A stretch of 64,000 bases of DNA, taken from the NCBI GenBank assembly GCA_963847445.1, contig CAWJZV010000025.1, positions 119,980-183,979 of the forward strand, given 5' to 3'. A model generated the notes under the pieces. It was not told the DNA's origin. It did not search any database and saw only the letters and a program-made list of their open reading frames with translations. The DNA comes from an uncultured delta proteobacterium. GTDB taxonomy: Bacteria; Desulfobacterota; Binatia; UBA9968. Made by a program: the position numbers and the translations under genes. Below are positions 22,975 to 34,701 of the stretch, one piece after another; the first letter of the stretch is position 1; each line of letters begins with the position of its first letter.

Positions 22975-23715
22975 TTAGTCGCGTGAATGGCTGCTTGGAA
23001 GATGGGGCAGTTTTCGGCGCCGTCCTTTTCCCGGTCTTGTTAGCTTGGTCTTTTGCCGCCGAGGTGGCGCTTGAACCAATTGCGCAGCCAGTCGCGCCAC
23101 TTCATGCAAAGTCCCGGGCTCCTCAAACAGATGGGTCGCTCCCTCGACGATCGCCAGATGTTTTTCAGCTTGAGTATTTTCATAAGCCTGCCTATTCAGT
23201 TCGATGACGACATCGTCCAGACTGCCGACGATGAGTAAAGTCGGTGCTTGCACATTGGCCAGGGCGGGCAGCGCCAGATCCGGCCGGCCGCCGCGCGAGA
23301 CCACGGCGCCAATGGCCGAGCCCAAGGTCGCCGCGGCATTGAGCGCCGCCGCCGCGCCGGTGCTAGCGCCGAAGTAACCGACATCGAGGGCGGAGCAACG
23401 CGGTTGCTCCATCACCCACTGAGTCGCGCGTTCAAGACGCCAGGTCAGCAGATCGATATCGAAGCGATTCCCGTAGGTGATGTCTTCCTGTTTGGTGAGC
23501 AGGTCCATGAGCAAGGTGGCGATTCCCGACTCGTGCAGATTGTTCGCGACGAAAGTGTTTCTTGGGCTCAGCCGGCTACTGCCGCTGCCATGGGCGAACA
23601 GCACCACGCCCTTGGCGTGGCGCGGGACCACGAGCATGCCTTCGAGTTCGATGCCATTCACGGGTATCTTGACCAGTGCGTCAAAGTGGCTTTTCTCAAG
23701 CGCCAAGCTATTCAT
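22975..23715 (-). CDS. Dienelactone hydrolase-like alpha/beta hydrolase
   Basis: FAHGSGSSRLSPRN, GYFGASTG nucleophile elbow, VSRGGRPDL, GATHLFEE. Confidence 0.88.
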   Translation of the reverse strand: MNSLALEKSHFDALVKIPVNGIELEGMLVVPRHAKGVVLFAHGSGSSRLSPRNTFVANNLHESGIATLLMDLLTKQEDITYGNRFDIDLLTWRLERATQWVMEQPRCSALDVGYFGASTGAAAALNAAATLGSAIGAVVSRGGRPDLALPALANVQAPTLLIVGSLDDVVIELNRQAYENTQAEKHLAIVEGATHLFEEPGTLHEVARLAAQLVQAPPRRQKTKLTRPGKGRRRKLPHLPSSHSRD

Positions 23716-23734
23716 GGTCTCCTCCGGGTTGACC

Positions 23735-24244
23735 TCAGTGAAGAAGGTGATGCGCCTCGTGGTGGGCGATTTCGGCGATTTTATGGAAAAGTTCGTGGGC
23801 GTCGTCTTCGCTGAGGTGGTTATCCAGTATGGGCAAATAAATCTCCTCCTCTTTAGCGAAGTGAAGCTTCACTACGCTGTAAAGGCCATAGAGCACCCGC
23901 CGCAATTCCGTCGCGGTGACCCTGTCGAAGTCAGGCTGAAAAATGCGCGAGCGCAAGATTCTAAGTTGTTCCGTCAGGCGGCTTACTTCGACGTGATCCC
24001 GGCTCATGGGGGTCGTCGCTTGCGGTGTGCCCAAAGCCTTGCCGACCGCAGGATACAGCACCGCTTCGTCCGCCGCGGCATGGGGAATCAGACTATGCGC
24101 AAGAAAGTCGTAGACCTCGTCAATGCTCCGTTGCAGATGGTCGCGCGAGAATTCACCGACGCAATCCGCGACCACACGAAGCTTTTCGATCTGTGGCAAC
24201 ATGAGATGATGTTTCTCTCGGAAAGGCTCTGTGACATCGGACAT
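23735..24244 (-). CDS. Hemerythrin/HHE cation-binding domain protein
   Basis: HAAADEAVLYP, DH, HFAKEEEIYLP. Confidence 0.85.
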   Translation of the reverse strand: MSDVTEPFREKHHLMLPQIEKLRVVADCVGEFSRDHLQRSIDEVYDFLAHSLIPHAAADEAVLYPAVGKALGTPQATTPMSRDHVEVSRLTEQLRILRSRIFQPDFDRVTATELRRVLYGLYSVVKLHFAKEEEIYLPILDNHLSEDDAHELFHKIAEIAHHEAHHLLH

Positions 24245-24296
24245 GATCGACCTCCTTCGTTCAACCCTAATGGCGTGCTCTTCGATCGGCTTGGAG

Positions 24297-24726
24297 CTAG
24301 GCGTTGCCCCGCGGAAACTCTTCGGAGATCACTTTGCCGATATCGCGCCATCTCGTCGCCCAACTGGGCGATCAAATCGTCGAGCGTAACGATGCCCAAG
24401 GTGGTGTCGAAGCCATTGACGATCGGTACGCGCCGGACATGGTAGGCATGCATCAGCGCGGTCAAATGATGCAGATCTTTATCGACCGAGATGCGAATCG
24501 GATCCGGCGTCATGATGTCTTTGACGGCGGTCTTGTCCGGATCGCGCTTGGCCCCGGCGACCCGCAGGGCGATGTCGCGGTCGGTGACGATGCCGCAGAG
24601 TTTGCCGTTCTCCTCAGCGACCAGAGAGCCGACGTTGTTTTGCTCCATTAAGTGACAGGCTTCGGTGATGTTGGTATCGGGCGCGACTTTGATCAGCGGT
24701 TTACGACAGTAGGTTTGTAGCGACAT
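24297..24726 (-). CDS. CBS-domain pair protein (frameshift near 3' end)
   Basis: GIVTDRDI, HVRRVPIV, GIVTLDDL. Confidence 0.85.
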
Positions 24727-24801
24727 GATTTCCTCCTGACGCTTGTGGGTTCAAACCGTTCAAGTAGTTCAAAACGTTCAAGTCGTTAGCACTGCAGATC
24801 T

Positions 24802-25415
24802 TTAGCCGCCGATTTTATGAACGCCCAACACGTTGAAGCCGCTGCTGCGCAGGGCTTTGGCGATGGTATCCGGGTCGCCGGCGAGCAGGCGGAGATAGCA
24901 CAGCGGATTGTCGCCGAGATTTCTCGCGATAGGTGCCGACGCCTAGGATTTCACCGCCTTCGCGGGCGACGATGCGGGTGGCTTGGTTGAAGCCATGCTC
25001 TTCGCCTTCAAGGACAAAATCGATGCGCGTGCTGCCGCCGTGCGAGGCGCCCATCACGTCGAGAAAAGCCCGCATGATATCGCTTGTCGTAATCATGCCG
25101 ACCAAACGCCCGTCGGCGACCACCGGCAGGCCGCCGATCTGCCGTTCCAGCATGATCTGCGCGGCCTCTTCGATGGTGGTCGCCGGCGTCACGGTGACCG
25201 GTCTTTCAGTCATGATGCCGCTGATTTTGACCTGTTCCAGATGGCCGCGGTGCTCGCGCAGATCGCGATCGCTGACGATGCCGACGAGTTTGCCGTCGCT
25301 CACCACCGGCAGGCGGCGAAAGCCGCCGGCTTGCATCTTATGCGCGGCGCGGATCGATAAATCCTCCGGTTCGACGGTGAATCGGTTCCTTGGTCATGCG
25401 GTTGCCAACAATCAT
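24802..25415 (-). CDS. CBS + ACT-like protein (AcuB-like), frameshifted
   Basis: FRRLPVV, GIVSDRDL, IGGLPVV, GMITTSDI followed by ACT-like region. Confidence 0.8.
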
Positions 25416-25871
25416 AATTCGGCTCCTTCCGGGTTCAGCGTCTGGCCAGCTCGCGGAGCAAATCGGTCCGCGTCACCAGGCCAAGTAGTTTTTCACCGTC
25501 GCACCACCAACAAGGCTTCGATGCCTCTTTCGACCATGGTTTCGGCGGCGGCACGGATCGAAGTGTCCGGACGGACGGTGGTTGCCGCTTTCATGATATC
25601 TTTGATCGCAACCGCGCCGAGAGCTTCGCGCGGCGAGTCTTTGGGATGGCGCACCAAGGACGCCATCGAGGCATGCAGCAGGTCGTCGTGATTGACGATG
25701 CCGGCGACCCGGTCGCCGTCGAGGACCGGAAAGTGGCGCACCTGTGCCAGGTTGAGCATGTCGTCGGCCAAACGCAGGGTGTCGTTGAGCTTCAAAGTCA
25801 GTAGATCCGTGCTCATCACGTCGGCGACGGTTCTATCGGCGACTTGCCGTCGTGGTCGGTCCGTTCATCAT
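25412..25871 (-). CDS. CBS-domain protein, frameshifted
   Basis: VRHFPVLDGDRVAGIV. Confidence 0.75.
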
Positions 25872-25881
25872 AATCGCCTCA

Positions 25882-26055
25882 TCAGCTTTTCTTCGAGGTT
25901 TTTACTTGCACCATGGATATCGCTCTGACCACTCGGGTGCTGCCGCAGGACGGACATTTTTGCGTCTTCTTGACCTTGCGGTCGTACTCCGCCAGCGACC
26001 AAACTAGCTCGAACAACTTCGAGCACTTCTCGCAGCGAAACTCATAGGTTGGCAT
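25882..26055 (-). CDS. FmdB-family zinc-ribbon protein, frameshifted
   Basis: MPTYEFRCEKCSKLFEL start and second CPSCG motif. Confidence 0.7.
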   Translation of the reverse strand: MPTYEFRCEKCSKLFELVWSLAEYDRKVKKTQKCPSCGSTRVVRAISMVQVKTSKKS

Positions 26056-26073
26056 TGCCGTTCCTCCCGCTTT

Positions 26074-26846
26074 TCACCATTTGACCGCGATCTTGTTGAC
26101 GACTTCGCGAACCCCGAGGACGTACCAAGCATCGCGCTCGGCCATCCGCCTCATGGTTTCGTTAGGTACCAAGCCCTCCAATGTGACGACACCATCTTTG
26201 CTCGTGACCCGCGTCTTGGTGGCATTGACGAAGGGGTCTTTTGCCAAAGCCAGACGTACTGCGTCGGTGAGTTCGTCGTCGTTGTCTTGCTGCGCCGGCA
26301 CCTCCGCCAAACCATTGATCACGTCACGACATCCCGCAACCCACCAGGCGAGCACGCCGGCGAGGCGCTTGTGGGAGAGGCTCGGTACTTCGCCGTTGAG
26401 CGTGACCACGCCATCGCGGACTTCGACCACGATGGTGCCGATGGGCTCCGGGATACGCGCCACGATGAGGTTAGCAATTGTTTCGGCAGCCGGCTGTGCA
26501 GCAAGCAACGCTCCAGCGCCGGTTCTTCGAGCAACGCTTTGATCACATGATCGCACAGTTGAGCGTCACTCATGAATTCTGCCGGCTTTACTCTCAACCG
26601 ATCGACGATAGCCGTCCCGGGCGCGATCGCCGCGGCCAATTCGAGAGCGACCTTTTTCGCGGCGATATCTTCCAGCTCGCCGGTGAGCACGAGATCGTTG
26701 CCGGCAAACGCCAGGGTTATCGGATAGCGATGCAGATCGATCCGGCTATTCTTTTCGAGCGCTGCGCGGAGACGGTCGATGGTTTTGCCACGCTTGATTG
26801 CTGGCTCACCGGATTGTTGGCTCGCTGACCCGGCCTCGGTGAACAT
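26074..26846 (-). CDS. Multi-BON-domain protein, frameshifted
   Basis: Three BON-like units (GVVTLNGEV, GVVTLEGLV, GVREVVNKI). Confidence 0.8.
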
Positions 26847-26874
26847 TTCTCGCTTTCCTCCACAGAGAGACTGT

Positions 26875-26889
26875 GCAGGACCCATGCCA
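26875..26889 (-). promoter_or_regulatory. Probable sigma-54 promoter
   Basis: Minus strand TGGCATGGGTCCTGC ahead of the BON-FmdB-CBS-hemerythrin operon. Confidence 0.6.
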
Positions 26890-27101
26890 TGGGAACTTGA
26901 CGATGGGGCTAATTACTGTCCTTGAGAACTTTCGTGCCTCACGCAAATTGTCCGGAGTCGAAGACTCGCGGATTCGAACATTCCTCCCGCCAAGGCGCAA
27001 AGACGTTAAGTGAAAGGCTGCGCCCGTCATTCCGAGCCGAGACGAGGAATCGAGAAAGATTTCTCGCTTCGGTCGAAATGACAATCAACTCATTCCTTTG
27101 C

Positions 27102-27148
27102 GCCTTGGCGTCCCTTCGACTTTGCTCAGGACATGCTTTGCGGGAGAT
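27102..27148. repeat. REP-like intergenic element (CCCTTCGA..CTCAGG family)
   Basis: Related copies at ~47552-47594, ~47747-47797 and ~48821-48866. Confidence 0.6.
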
Positions 27149-27628
27149 CTTCCGGTTTTCGCTTGTGTCGGCGCCGCGCCGGTCGTCAGAAATGAGAATC
27201 TTCGGCATCACTGTTTGCGCTGATGGGAAATTTGCGCGGGCACTTGATGTTGGATAGCCGCTCGTTCGGCAATATAGCTCCCTCACGAAGCTGGCCCATG
27301 ATCTTCGACGCACTGCGCCGTCATATCGCCCAGCAGCAGCCCGAGCGGTTGCGCGAGGTCGTCGATTTATCGATCAAGGACCGCGTGCGGCTGTGGCGAT
27401 TGCCGAACACGGTTCATGAAAAATCACAGCTCTATAAAATCAGTCTGACGCATTTGGATCTGAAGAATCTCAATGCCGATGAGATTCGCGATAGTTGTCA
27501 CGATGCCGTGCTCAGACGCTACTGTCCCCTGGCGAACGACGCAGCTTGCCAAGCGTTTGTCGCAAGTAAAGCCGCGCCGCATCGCCAATCCGGTCGTTGA
27601 CCAGTTCTCAGGATCCCGCCGCAAGAAT

Positions 27629-27739
27629 CTAGCTAGCCTTACCGTTTGGCCGCGGCCCTTTTGTGGCGAGGATGACGTGCATGATCAAGGTCAGGACGAC
27701 GATCAGTACCAAGATAAACAGTTCGCTTTCGTTTGCCAT
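27629..27739 (-). CDS. 36-aa single-TM mini-protein
   Basis: MANESELFILVLIVVLTLIMHVILATKGPRPNGKAS with GGAGG RBS and own sigma-54 promoter. Confidence 0.55.
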   Translation of the reverse strand: MANESELFILVLIVVLTLIMHVILATKGPRPNGKAS

Positions 27740-27793
27740 AACTACCTCCGGTTTAAAACCACCGGTATTAACACTGCTGCTCAATTTATAGTC

Positions 27794-27808
27794 GCAAACT
27801 CGATGCCA
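27794..27808 (-). promoter_or_regulatory. Probable sigma-54 promoter
   Basis: Minus strand TGGCATCGAGTTTGC. Confidence 0.65.
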
Positions 27809-27815
27809 GCCGCGT

Positions 27816-28223
27816 TTAAGTCTTGATCTGCGATCGACCGGTGAGGAATCGTTGGATCCACTGATTCACATCGGCAAATTCTAATGGTTTAACGAGATAT
27901 GCTTGGGCGCCGAGGCGTTGCGCTTCGCGGCCGTTGGCGACGGCGCCGTAGCGCACCATGCCGAGAATCAATGAATTCGGCAGTTGGCTGCGCGCCTGTT
28001 TGACGATGGTGGCCCAGGAAGGCATTTCCAGATCGGAAAGGATGACTTTGATACTCGGATCGCGGTTAAGCTGAATCAACGCCGTGCCGCTGTCGGCAGC
28101 TTCGACGACGTGGTAACCCTCTTCGCGCAGGAGATCGCTCAAGCTCGTCCGTGAAGTTGGCTCTCTTTCCGCGACGAGAATCCAGGGTGCTACCGTTTGA
28201 TTTCTCGCTGTGCCATCATCCAT
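27816..28223 (-). CDS. Stand-alone response regulator receiver
   Basis: ILVAE, VILSDLEMP (phospho-Asp), AYLVKP. Confidence 0.8.
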   Translation of the reverse strand: MDDGTARNQTVAPWILVAEREPTSRTSLSDLLREEGYHVVEAADSGTALIQLNRDPSIKVILSDLEMPSWATIVKQARSQLPNSLILGMVRYGAVANGREAQRLGAQAYLVKPLEFADVNQWIQRFLTGRSQIKT

Positions 28224-28348
28224 TCTCGACTGTGGGAAAATAAACTGCTTTAGATTCCCACTTCTCCTAACGTTAGTTGCGTTAAACCGCTGTCGTTGCA
28301 CAATGGAGCAAGATTGGGTCCATTGCGATCAGGTTGGTCCGTTGGCCT

Positions 28349-28363
28349 TGGCAAGAAGAATGC
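28349..28363 (+). promoter_or_regulatory. Probable sigma-54 promoter
   Basis: TGGCAAGAAGAATGC upstream of the cytochrome/kinase genes. Confidence 0.5.
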
Positions 28364-28412
28364 GTAGTGCACTTGATGGAGGTGGTTATCTGATGAAATC
28401 CGGGAGGCGGCA

Positions 28413-28839
28413 GTGAGTTATCGTTTAATGTTGGCAATGGTGATTGCCGTGCAATTGTCAGGCTGCTCTGACCTGGCCCGCTGGGTGCGCCAGTTTACCT
28501 ATCCGCCTGAGTTCCGCTATGTCGAACGCGATGAAGTGCGCGGCACCATGCGCGTGCTGGCGGCTCATGCGCGCGAAGTCAATCAATTGATTGCGCCAAG
28601 ACGACGCGCCGCAGGAGCATCGCGCCGAGATCGTCGAGCACCTGCGCGCCATGGAACAGGCGGCGGAGAAGCTCGACCAGTCGGGCTGGCCGACCAACCA
28701 TCCGCAGGTCGATATGAATCTACCGACGTTTCGGCGCGATCTAAAGTTTGCCCGCGAAGCCATCGAGCACGAGCCGCCGAATTATCTCCTCGCCGGTCCA
28801 GTGACCGGCGCATGCGTCAGGTGTCATGGCGCCAAGTGA
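28413..28839 (+). CDS. Cytochrome c (class II / c'-like) lipoprotein, frameshifted
   Basis: Lipobox LSGC, helical body, C-terminal CVRCH heme motif. Confidence 0.75.
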
Positions 28840-28896
28840 TTCCAAGTCTTTAGTTCCGATGCCACTGACCTGTGATTCTTGTTTTCAGCGACGAGA

Positions 28897-31348
28897 ATGG
28901 GTTTGTATTCATTTCGCGACAGTGCGAAATATATCGCGTGGCGCAGATCGACTCCCCCAACCACCATCCGACGAAGAGCTTACCTGGCGACTCCGAGGCG
29001 CAAAGCTTTGGCAGTCGCGCTGCTTGTCCTCGTTGCGCTTATGGGAGTCTGGTGGGGCGCTCATGTCCGGTATCGCAACATGCTGCTCACCGAACTTCGC
29101 GGCGATGTGTTGGCTGAGCTTGATCCATACGGCAACGCGCTGACTATCGATCTGCGGCGACGCTTCGATTTGATCTATGGGTTGCGCGGCTGGGTGATAA
29201 CCAATTCTTCGACGACGGAACTCGGCGCCAATTTCGAGACCTTCGCCCGCCAGCTTAGCGAAGGCATCGGCTGGCGTACGCAACTTTAGTCGTCGCGCCG
29301 GCGGGGTGGTGCGATTCGTTTATCCACGAGCCGGCAACGAGGCGATCCTCGGACGTGATCTTGGTCAACGATCCCCGCGCAGAAGTCCGCGCGGACGCGT
29401 CGCGGGCGATGCAATCGGGCAAGATCGTCATTAGCGGTCCATATGAATTGATAGTCGGCGGCTTTGGCGCAGTAGCGCGATTGGCGATTTTTCGCGAAGA
29501 GAAGTTTTGGGGTCATGGTCAATGTCACTCTCGACCTGCCGCCGATCTTGGCGGAGGCGGGGATAACTTCTCAAAAAAATTTACAATTGGCGCTGCGCGA
29601 TGGCCGCGGCCGGGTGTTATTCGGAGCACCGGCCGTCTTCGATTCTCATCCGGTTATCCATCGCGATCGAATTGCCGGACGGCCACTGGGAACTCGCGGC
29701 GATTCCGATTGACGGGTGGAGCGGCGCCATTCGTCGCGATTTAGCGATATTCGACAGCGGCGCGCTCGCCAGTGCGCTGCTCCTCAGCGCGATCGCCTAT
29801 TTACTGTCTTTTCGCGATGCGCGCCTGGCCTTGCGTGTGGCGGAGGGAACCCGCGCGCTTACGAGCTGAGCTCCAGCACCGAACAACCGTTGAAACGGAA
29901 CTCAGAGCGGCGCGGTCGCGCTATCAAACTCTCGTCGAGGTCAACCCGGACGCGATGCTGGTTAACTTCAATAAAAAAATTGTCTACGCCAACGACGCGG
30001 CGGCCCGTCTGCTCGGCGCGGCTTCTCCGGAGGATCTACTTGGCCGCTCACCGTTCGAGTTCGTCGAACCGGAACGAAGAGCCGAAGTCGAACAGCGCTA
30101 CGAGCGGGCAATGGCCTCGGGCCAGCCCAACCCGCCGAGTATTCAACGCCGGGTCCGTCTCGACGGTTCGTTTGTCTATGCCGAGACCGTCGCCGCGCCG
30201 CTGGCGTGGGATGACGGCACAGCGGTCCAAGTGATCATGCGCGACGTCACCGAACAGCGGCGCGCCGAAGCCTGGGTGCGCAGTCTGATCGATACCACCC
30301 AAGACGCGGTGGTGTCCATCGATCGGCAGGCGCGAATCGTCCTGTTCAATCCTGCGGCGCAACGAATCTTCGGCTATCGGCCGGAAGAGGTTGTCGGTCA
30401 GAAAGTCAACATGCTCATGCCCGAACCCTACACCTCGGAGCATGATGGCTACATCGAACGGTACGAACGGACCGGCGAAGCTCATGCCATCGGCCGCATC
30501 CGCACGGTAACCGCGAAGCGCAAAAACGGCGAAACCTTTCCGATCGAATTATCGGTGGCGAAGATTACCAGCGACCAGGAAGCTCAATACGGCGCGTTCA
30601 TCCGCGATATTTCCGATAAGGTGAGATTGCAACAACAAGCCATCGAAAGCGATCGCTTGGCGACCATCGGCACCATGGCGGCGAAGTTTGGCCATGAGCT
30701 CGGTAATCCACTGAACGGGATGTCGTTGACCGTTCAGCTTTTGGAGCAACGGCTGAGAAAACAATCGCCGACCCTCGACGAGCAGGCAACTTCAACCCTG
30801 GCGCGCTTGAAGACTGAAATATCCCGGCTCAACACGCTGCTGCAAGATTTTCGTTCGTTGTCGCGCAAGGAGACCTACAATTTTGAGCCCGCCCAATTGG
30901 CCGAACTCGTCGCCGAGGCGATCGAGATCGAGTTGCCGGAATATGCCGAACGGGGTGTGAAGGTCGAAGCGCAATTCGCCCCGGACCTGCCGAAAGTACG
31001 CGTCGATATCGACAAGATGAAACAGGTGATTTTAAACCTGGCCAAGAACGCCGTCGAGGCGATGCCCAACGGCGGCAAACTTTTGTTCACCGGATCGGCC
31101 GACAAGGCGGCGGTGATTTTGGAAGTTACCGACAGCGGTGCGGGTATCCGGCCGAGGTCGATGTCTTCGAGCCGTTCTTTACGACAAAGTCCTTCGGCAC
31201 CGGTATCGGCATGACCATCGTCCGGCAAATCCTCGCCGCCCATGGTGGCAGCATCAGTTACAAGAGCGAAGTGGGCAAGGGCACGACATTTACGGTCCGA
31301 TTGCCGCTGGCCGATGACGGCAATCCCACAAGCCGCGCTGGCCTGTGA
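28897..31348 (+). CDS. CHASE-PAS-PAS histidine kinase with FixL-like heme PAS, frameshifted
   Basis: TM, CHASE-like (ISGPYELIVGG..ARLAIF), PAS with VNMLMPEPYTSEHDGYIERYERTG..IG, H-box GHELGNPL, N-box NLAKNA, G-boxes. Confidence 0.88.
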
Positions 31349-31397
31349 TTTGCTGAAATCTTTGCTCAAGAAAGGATCGCGCAGGTGAACGCCTATT

Positions 31398-31444
31398 CTT
31401 TGCAAATTTGCGAAACATGACGGCGATTTTGCACTTGTGCGAAA
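31398..31444. promoter_or_regulatory. Two tandem palindromic boxes (TTTCGCA-N4-TGCGAAA type) upstream of the activator gene
   Basis: CTTTGCA-AATT-TGCGAAA (31398-31415) and TTTTGCA-CTTG-TGCGAAA (31427-31444). Confidence 0.55.
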
Positions 31445-31454
31445 GAGCAATTCG

Positions 31455-32814
31455 ATGAGTTCGAACGGCACCATACTCGTAGTCGAAGATCAGGAGAGCG
31501 CCCGTGACAGTCTCGTCGAGCTGCTTGCGCGGCGAGGGTTACGACGTCCATGAGGCGGCGGATGGCAATGAAGGGATCGCCAAGATAAATCAGCTCGATC
31601 TCGATGTCGTGCTGACCGATCTGATGATGCCGGGAGCGGACGGCCTGGCGGTGCTGAAGCATGTCAGCGAGCTGTCGCCGCAGACTATGGTCGTTCTCAT
31701 GACCGCCCACGCATCGGTGGAGACGGCCATCGAGGCGATTCGTGCCGGCGCCCAGGATTACCTGCTCAAGCCGTTGGTTTTCGACGATGTCTTGCGCAAG
31801 ATTCAAAACCTCATGAGCCATCGGCAGCTAGCTTGGGAGAACCAGCTGCTCCGGCGCGAAGTCAGCGGCCATTTCGCGCCGGACCGGCCGCTCGGGCGCA
31901 GCCCGGCGATGCAGGAGATCGTCAAGATGATCATGAAGGTGGCGCCGACGCCGACCACGGTGTTGATCAGCGGCGAGAGCGGCGTCGGCAAGGAAGTCGT
32001 CGCCCGCACCATCCACGCCAACAGTCCGGCCAAAGACAATGTCTTTCTGCCGGTCAACTGTAGCGCGATCCCGGAGAATTTATTGGAGAGCCAGCTCTTC
32101 GGCCACATGAAAGGCTCGTTTACCGGCGCGGTCAATTCCCAGGAAGGTTTGTTTCAGCGCGCCCGCGGCGGGACGATTTTTCTCGACGAGATCGGCGAGA
32201 TGCCGATGAGCTTGCAGCCGAAACTCTTGCGCGTCCTGGAAGAAAAAACCGTCTTGCCGGTGGGCTCGACCAATCCGGTGAAAGTCAACGTGCGCATCCT
32301 GGCCGCGTCCAACCGCGACTTGAAAGCGGAAGTCGAGGCGGGCCGCTTTCGCGAAGATCTTTACTACCGGCTTTGTGTTTTTGAAATCGACATCCCGCCG
32401 CTGCGTAAACGGCTGGAAGATCTGCCGGCGCTGGTCGAGCATCTGATTCACCGCCATAACCTGGAGATGAAAACCGCCTACAAAGGCGTCGACAGCGCGA
32501 CCATGCGCATCCTCATGTCGCTGCCGTGGAAGGGCAACATCCGCGAGCTCGATAACGTGCTCGAGCGGGCGATGATTCTCGGCAACGGCGAATGGATCGC
32601 GCCAGCGGATCTGCCGGGCCACAGTTCCGCCGCTGCCGACGGCGACTATCGATTGGAAGATAACCTGACCAAAGCGATCGAACTCTATGAAAAAACCCAT
32701 ATCGAACGAACGCTCGGCAAGACCGCCGGCGACAAGATCCGCGCGGCGGAGTTGCTGGGCCTGAGTCTGTCGACGCTCTATCGCAAGATCGAAAAGTTGG
32801 AAATCGAAGGGTAA
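31455..32814 (+). CDS. NtrC-family sigma-54-dependent response regulator (frameshift near 5' end)
   Basis: Receiver (TDLMMP), GESGVGKE, GSFTGA, FLDEIGE, RFREDLYYRL, WKGNIREL, C-terminal HTH. Confidence 0.95.
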
Positions 32815-32833
32815 GCGCGCGGCTTCGCCGCGG

Positions 32834-32873
32834 GTTCAAATCGTTCAAATCGTTCAAGTCGTTCAAAACGTTC
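32834..32873. repeat. 9-bp tandem repeat (GTTCAA-nnc) x4-5
   Basis: gttcaaatc gttcaaatc gttcaagtc gttcaaaac gttc; similar array at 24748-24788. Confidence 0.75.
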
Positions 32874-33003
32874 GGATTCAGTCCCCCTTCTCGGAGACTT
32901 TCGCAATCCTAACAGGCTTCGTCGGGAAAATTCTCGGCGCTGCGAAATGTGCCGATCCTCCCGCCATTTTACATTGGTATTTCAGCATGCGGCCCGGTCT
33001 GCG

Positions 33004-33018
33004 TGGCACACTCTATGC
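33004..33018 (+). promoter_or_regulatory. Probable sigma-54 promoter
   Basis: TGGCACACTCTATGC upstream of the SHOCT-CBS-PRTase operon. Confidence 0.65.
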
Positions 33019-33077
33019 GTTTATCGTGAATGTCGGACTTGTATTTTGACCAACGTCGCCCGCGGAGGTGGTTATGA

Positions 33078-33392
33078 ATGCCATCGAATTGGCGCTGTAG
33101 CTACGTCTCGATGATTTCATTCCTGTCGCTTCTCACCCTGCAGGGGCCTTACGAGTGGGGCTGGCGCATGCATCCGATGTGGGGCTGGGGTTGGGGCATC
33201 GGCATGATGACGATGATGCTGCTGTTCTGGGGTGCGATATCTTGCCGGTGTATGCGGGGCATCCGCTGGTTTGTCGGTCAAAGCAAACCGTCGCGCGGCA
33301 GACTCGGCGATGGAATATCCTGCAGAGAACGATTTGCCAGCGGCGAGATCGACAAGGATGAATTTGAGACCAAGAAACGCGAACTAACGTAA
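33078..33392 (+). CDS. SHOCT-domain membrane protein
   Basis: W/G/M-rich TM and RERFASGEIDKDEFE. Confidence 0.75.
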   Translation: MPSNWRCSYVSMISFLSLLTLQGPYEWGWRMHPMWGWGWGIGMMTMMLLFWGAISCRCMRGIRWFVGQSKPSRGRLGDGISCRERFASGEIDKDEFETKKRELT

Positions 33393-33432
33393 GCGCGCTG
33401 CCGGCAAGCGCAAACAAACGGGAGGTGATTCA

Positions 33433-33717
33433 GTGGAAGATTCGGATCTCAAGCATCGTTTTCATTTGATGCAGACGGAAATCGAGGCGACGGCATCGTT
33501 GTTGAAGGATGCCAAGATCGATCTCACGTCGGCGCTCGACTCGATCAAAATCGAGGTGGAGATCTTGAAGAGCTACATGGAGCGTAATCATCCGGAGTTT
33601 CGCCAAGACTTATGCGGCTCTCCGGGAAGAAGCGATCCAGGCGATCGATCCCGAATGGCCGGGCGCGGAACCGACGCGGAAACAATGAAGCGGGGTGACT
33701 TATGGCGAAGTCGATAA
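33433..33717 (+). CDS. Hypothetical protein
   Basis: ORF with GGAGGTG RBS within operon; 3' end probably frameshifted. Confidence 0.5.
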   Translation: MEDSDLKHRFHLMQTEIEATASLLKDAKIDLTSALDSIKIEVEILKSYMERNHPEFRQDLCGSPGRSDPGDRSRMAGRGTDAETMKRGDLWRSR

Positions 33718-34140
33718 AGAGGTTGACGGTCGGCGACTGCATGTCCGTCGATCCGGTGACGGTGGCACCGAAGGATTCCCTGCAGCGGGTGATGGAGTTG
33801 CTGCGCCGGCGCGATATTCGCGCGGTGCCGGTGGTGGAGGACGGCAGACTTATCGGCATCGTCACCGACCGCGATGTGCGCCAGGTGGCGCCGGCCTATC
33901 CGTTGTTTCGCGATGAAGACGAGATTCGCCGCTACACCGAGAATCTCACGGTCACGGCGGCGATGACCGCCGACCCATGACGGTTACCGCCGATACGCCG
34001 TTGGTCGATGCCGCAAAGATTCTCGAAACCTATCGTATCAGTTCGTTGCCGGTGGTCGAAGGCACGGGTCGTCGGCATGCTTTCGGTGACCGATTTGTTG
34101 CGCGTGTTTGTCGCAGCAAAACACGGAGATCGCCGCATGA
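33702..34140 (+). CDS. CBS-domain protein, frameshifted
   Basis: IRAVPVVEDGRLIGIVTDRDV, ISSLPVV. Confidence 0.8.
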
Positions 34141-34683
34141 AATTGCAGGAATCATGGTGAAGGATGTGTCCAGGCCGCGCCCGACGAAACCATCGGCGTG
34201 GCCGGAAAGCGCATGCGCGAAAGCGCGGTGGGCTGCTTGGTGATTACCGTGGCGGGCGCGGTTAAAGGAATCATCACCGACCGCGATCTGCTCGCTTGTC
34301 TCGCCGCCGAGCATGATCCTTATCGCTGCCAGATCGCCACGCATATGCGCCGGCCGGTGCATGTGCTGCGCCCGGACGAGGATCATGCCAGCGCGGCGGC
34401 AGGTGATGCGGGATCGGCGCATCAAGCGCTTGCCGATCGCGCAGAACGGCAAGCTGTTGGGCATCGTCTCGCTATCGGATCTCGCCGCCATTGCCGGTGG
34501 GGAGGCGGAACAACTGCGCGCTGCGCTGCAATTCTTCACCGCCGTCGTGCGCACTCAGGCCTCGCAGAGCGAGCCGACCAGAGCAGCGATACTGACAGGC
34601 CGCGCGGGTATCGCCGCCGGCGGAATTTGCCAACGACGACCGGGAAGTTCTCGACACCGGCGGCCCTGGATAGGGACTGGTGA
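34138..34683 (+). CDS. CBS-domain protein, frameshifted
   Basis: GIITDRDL, IKRLPI..LLGIVSLSDL. Confidence 0.75.
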
Positions 34684-34701
34684 GGTGCGCCGAGGTGAAC
34701 C

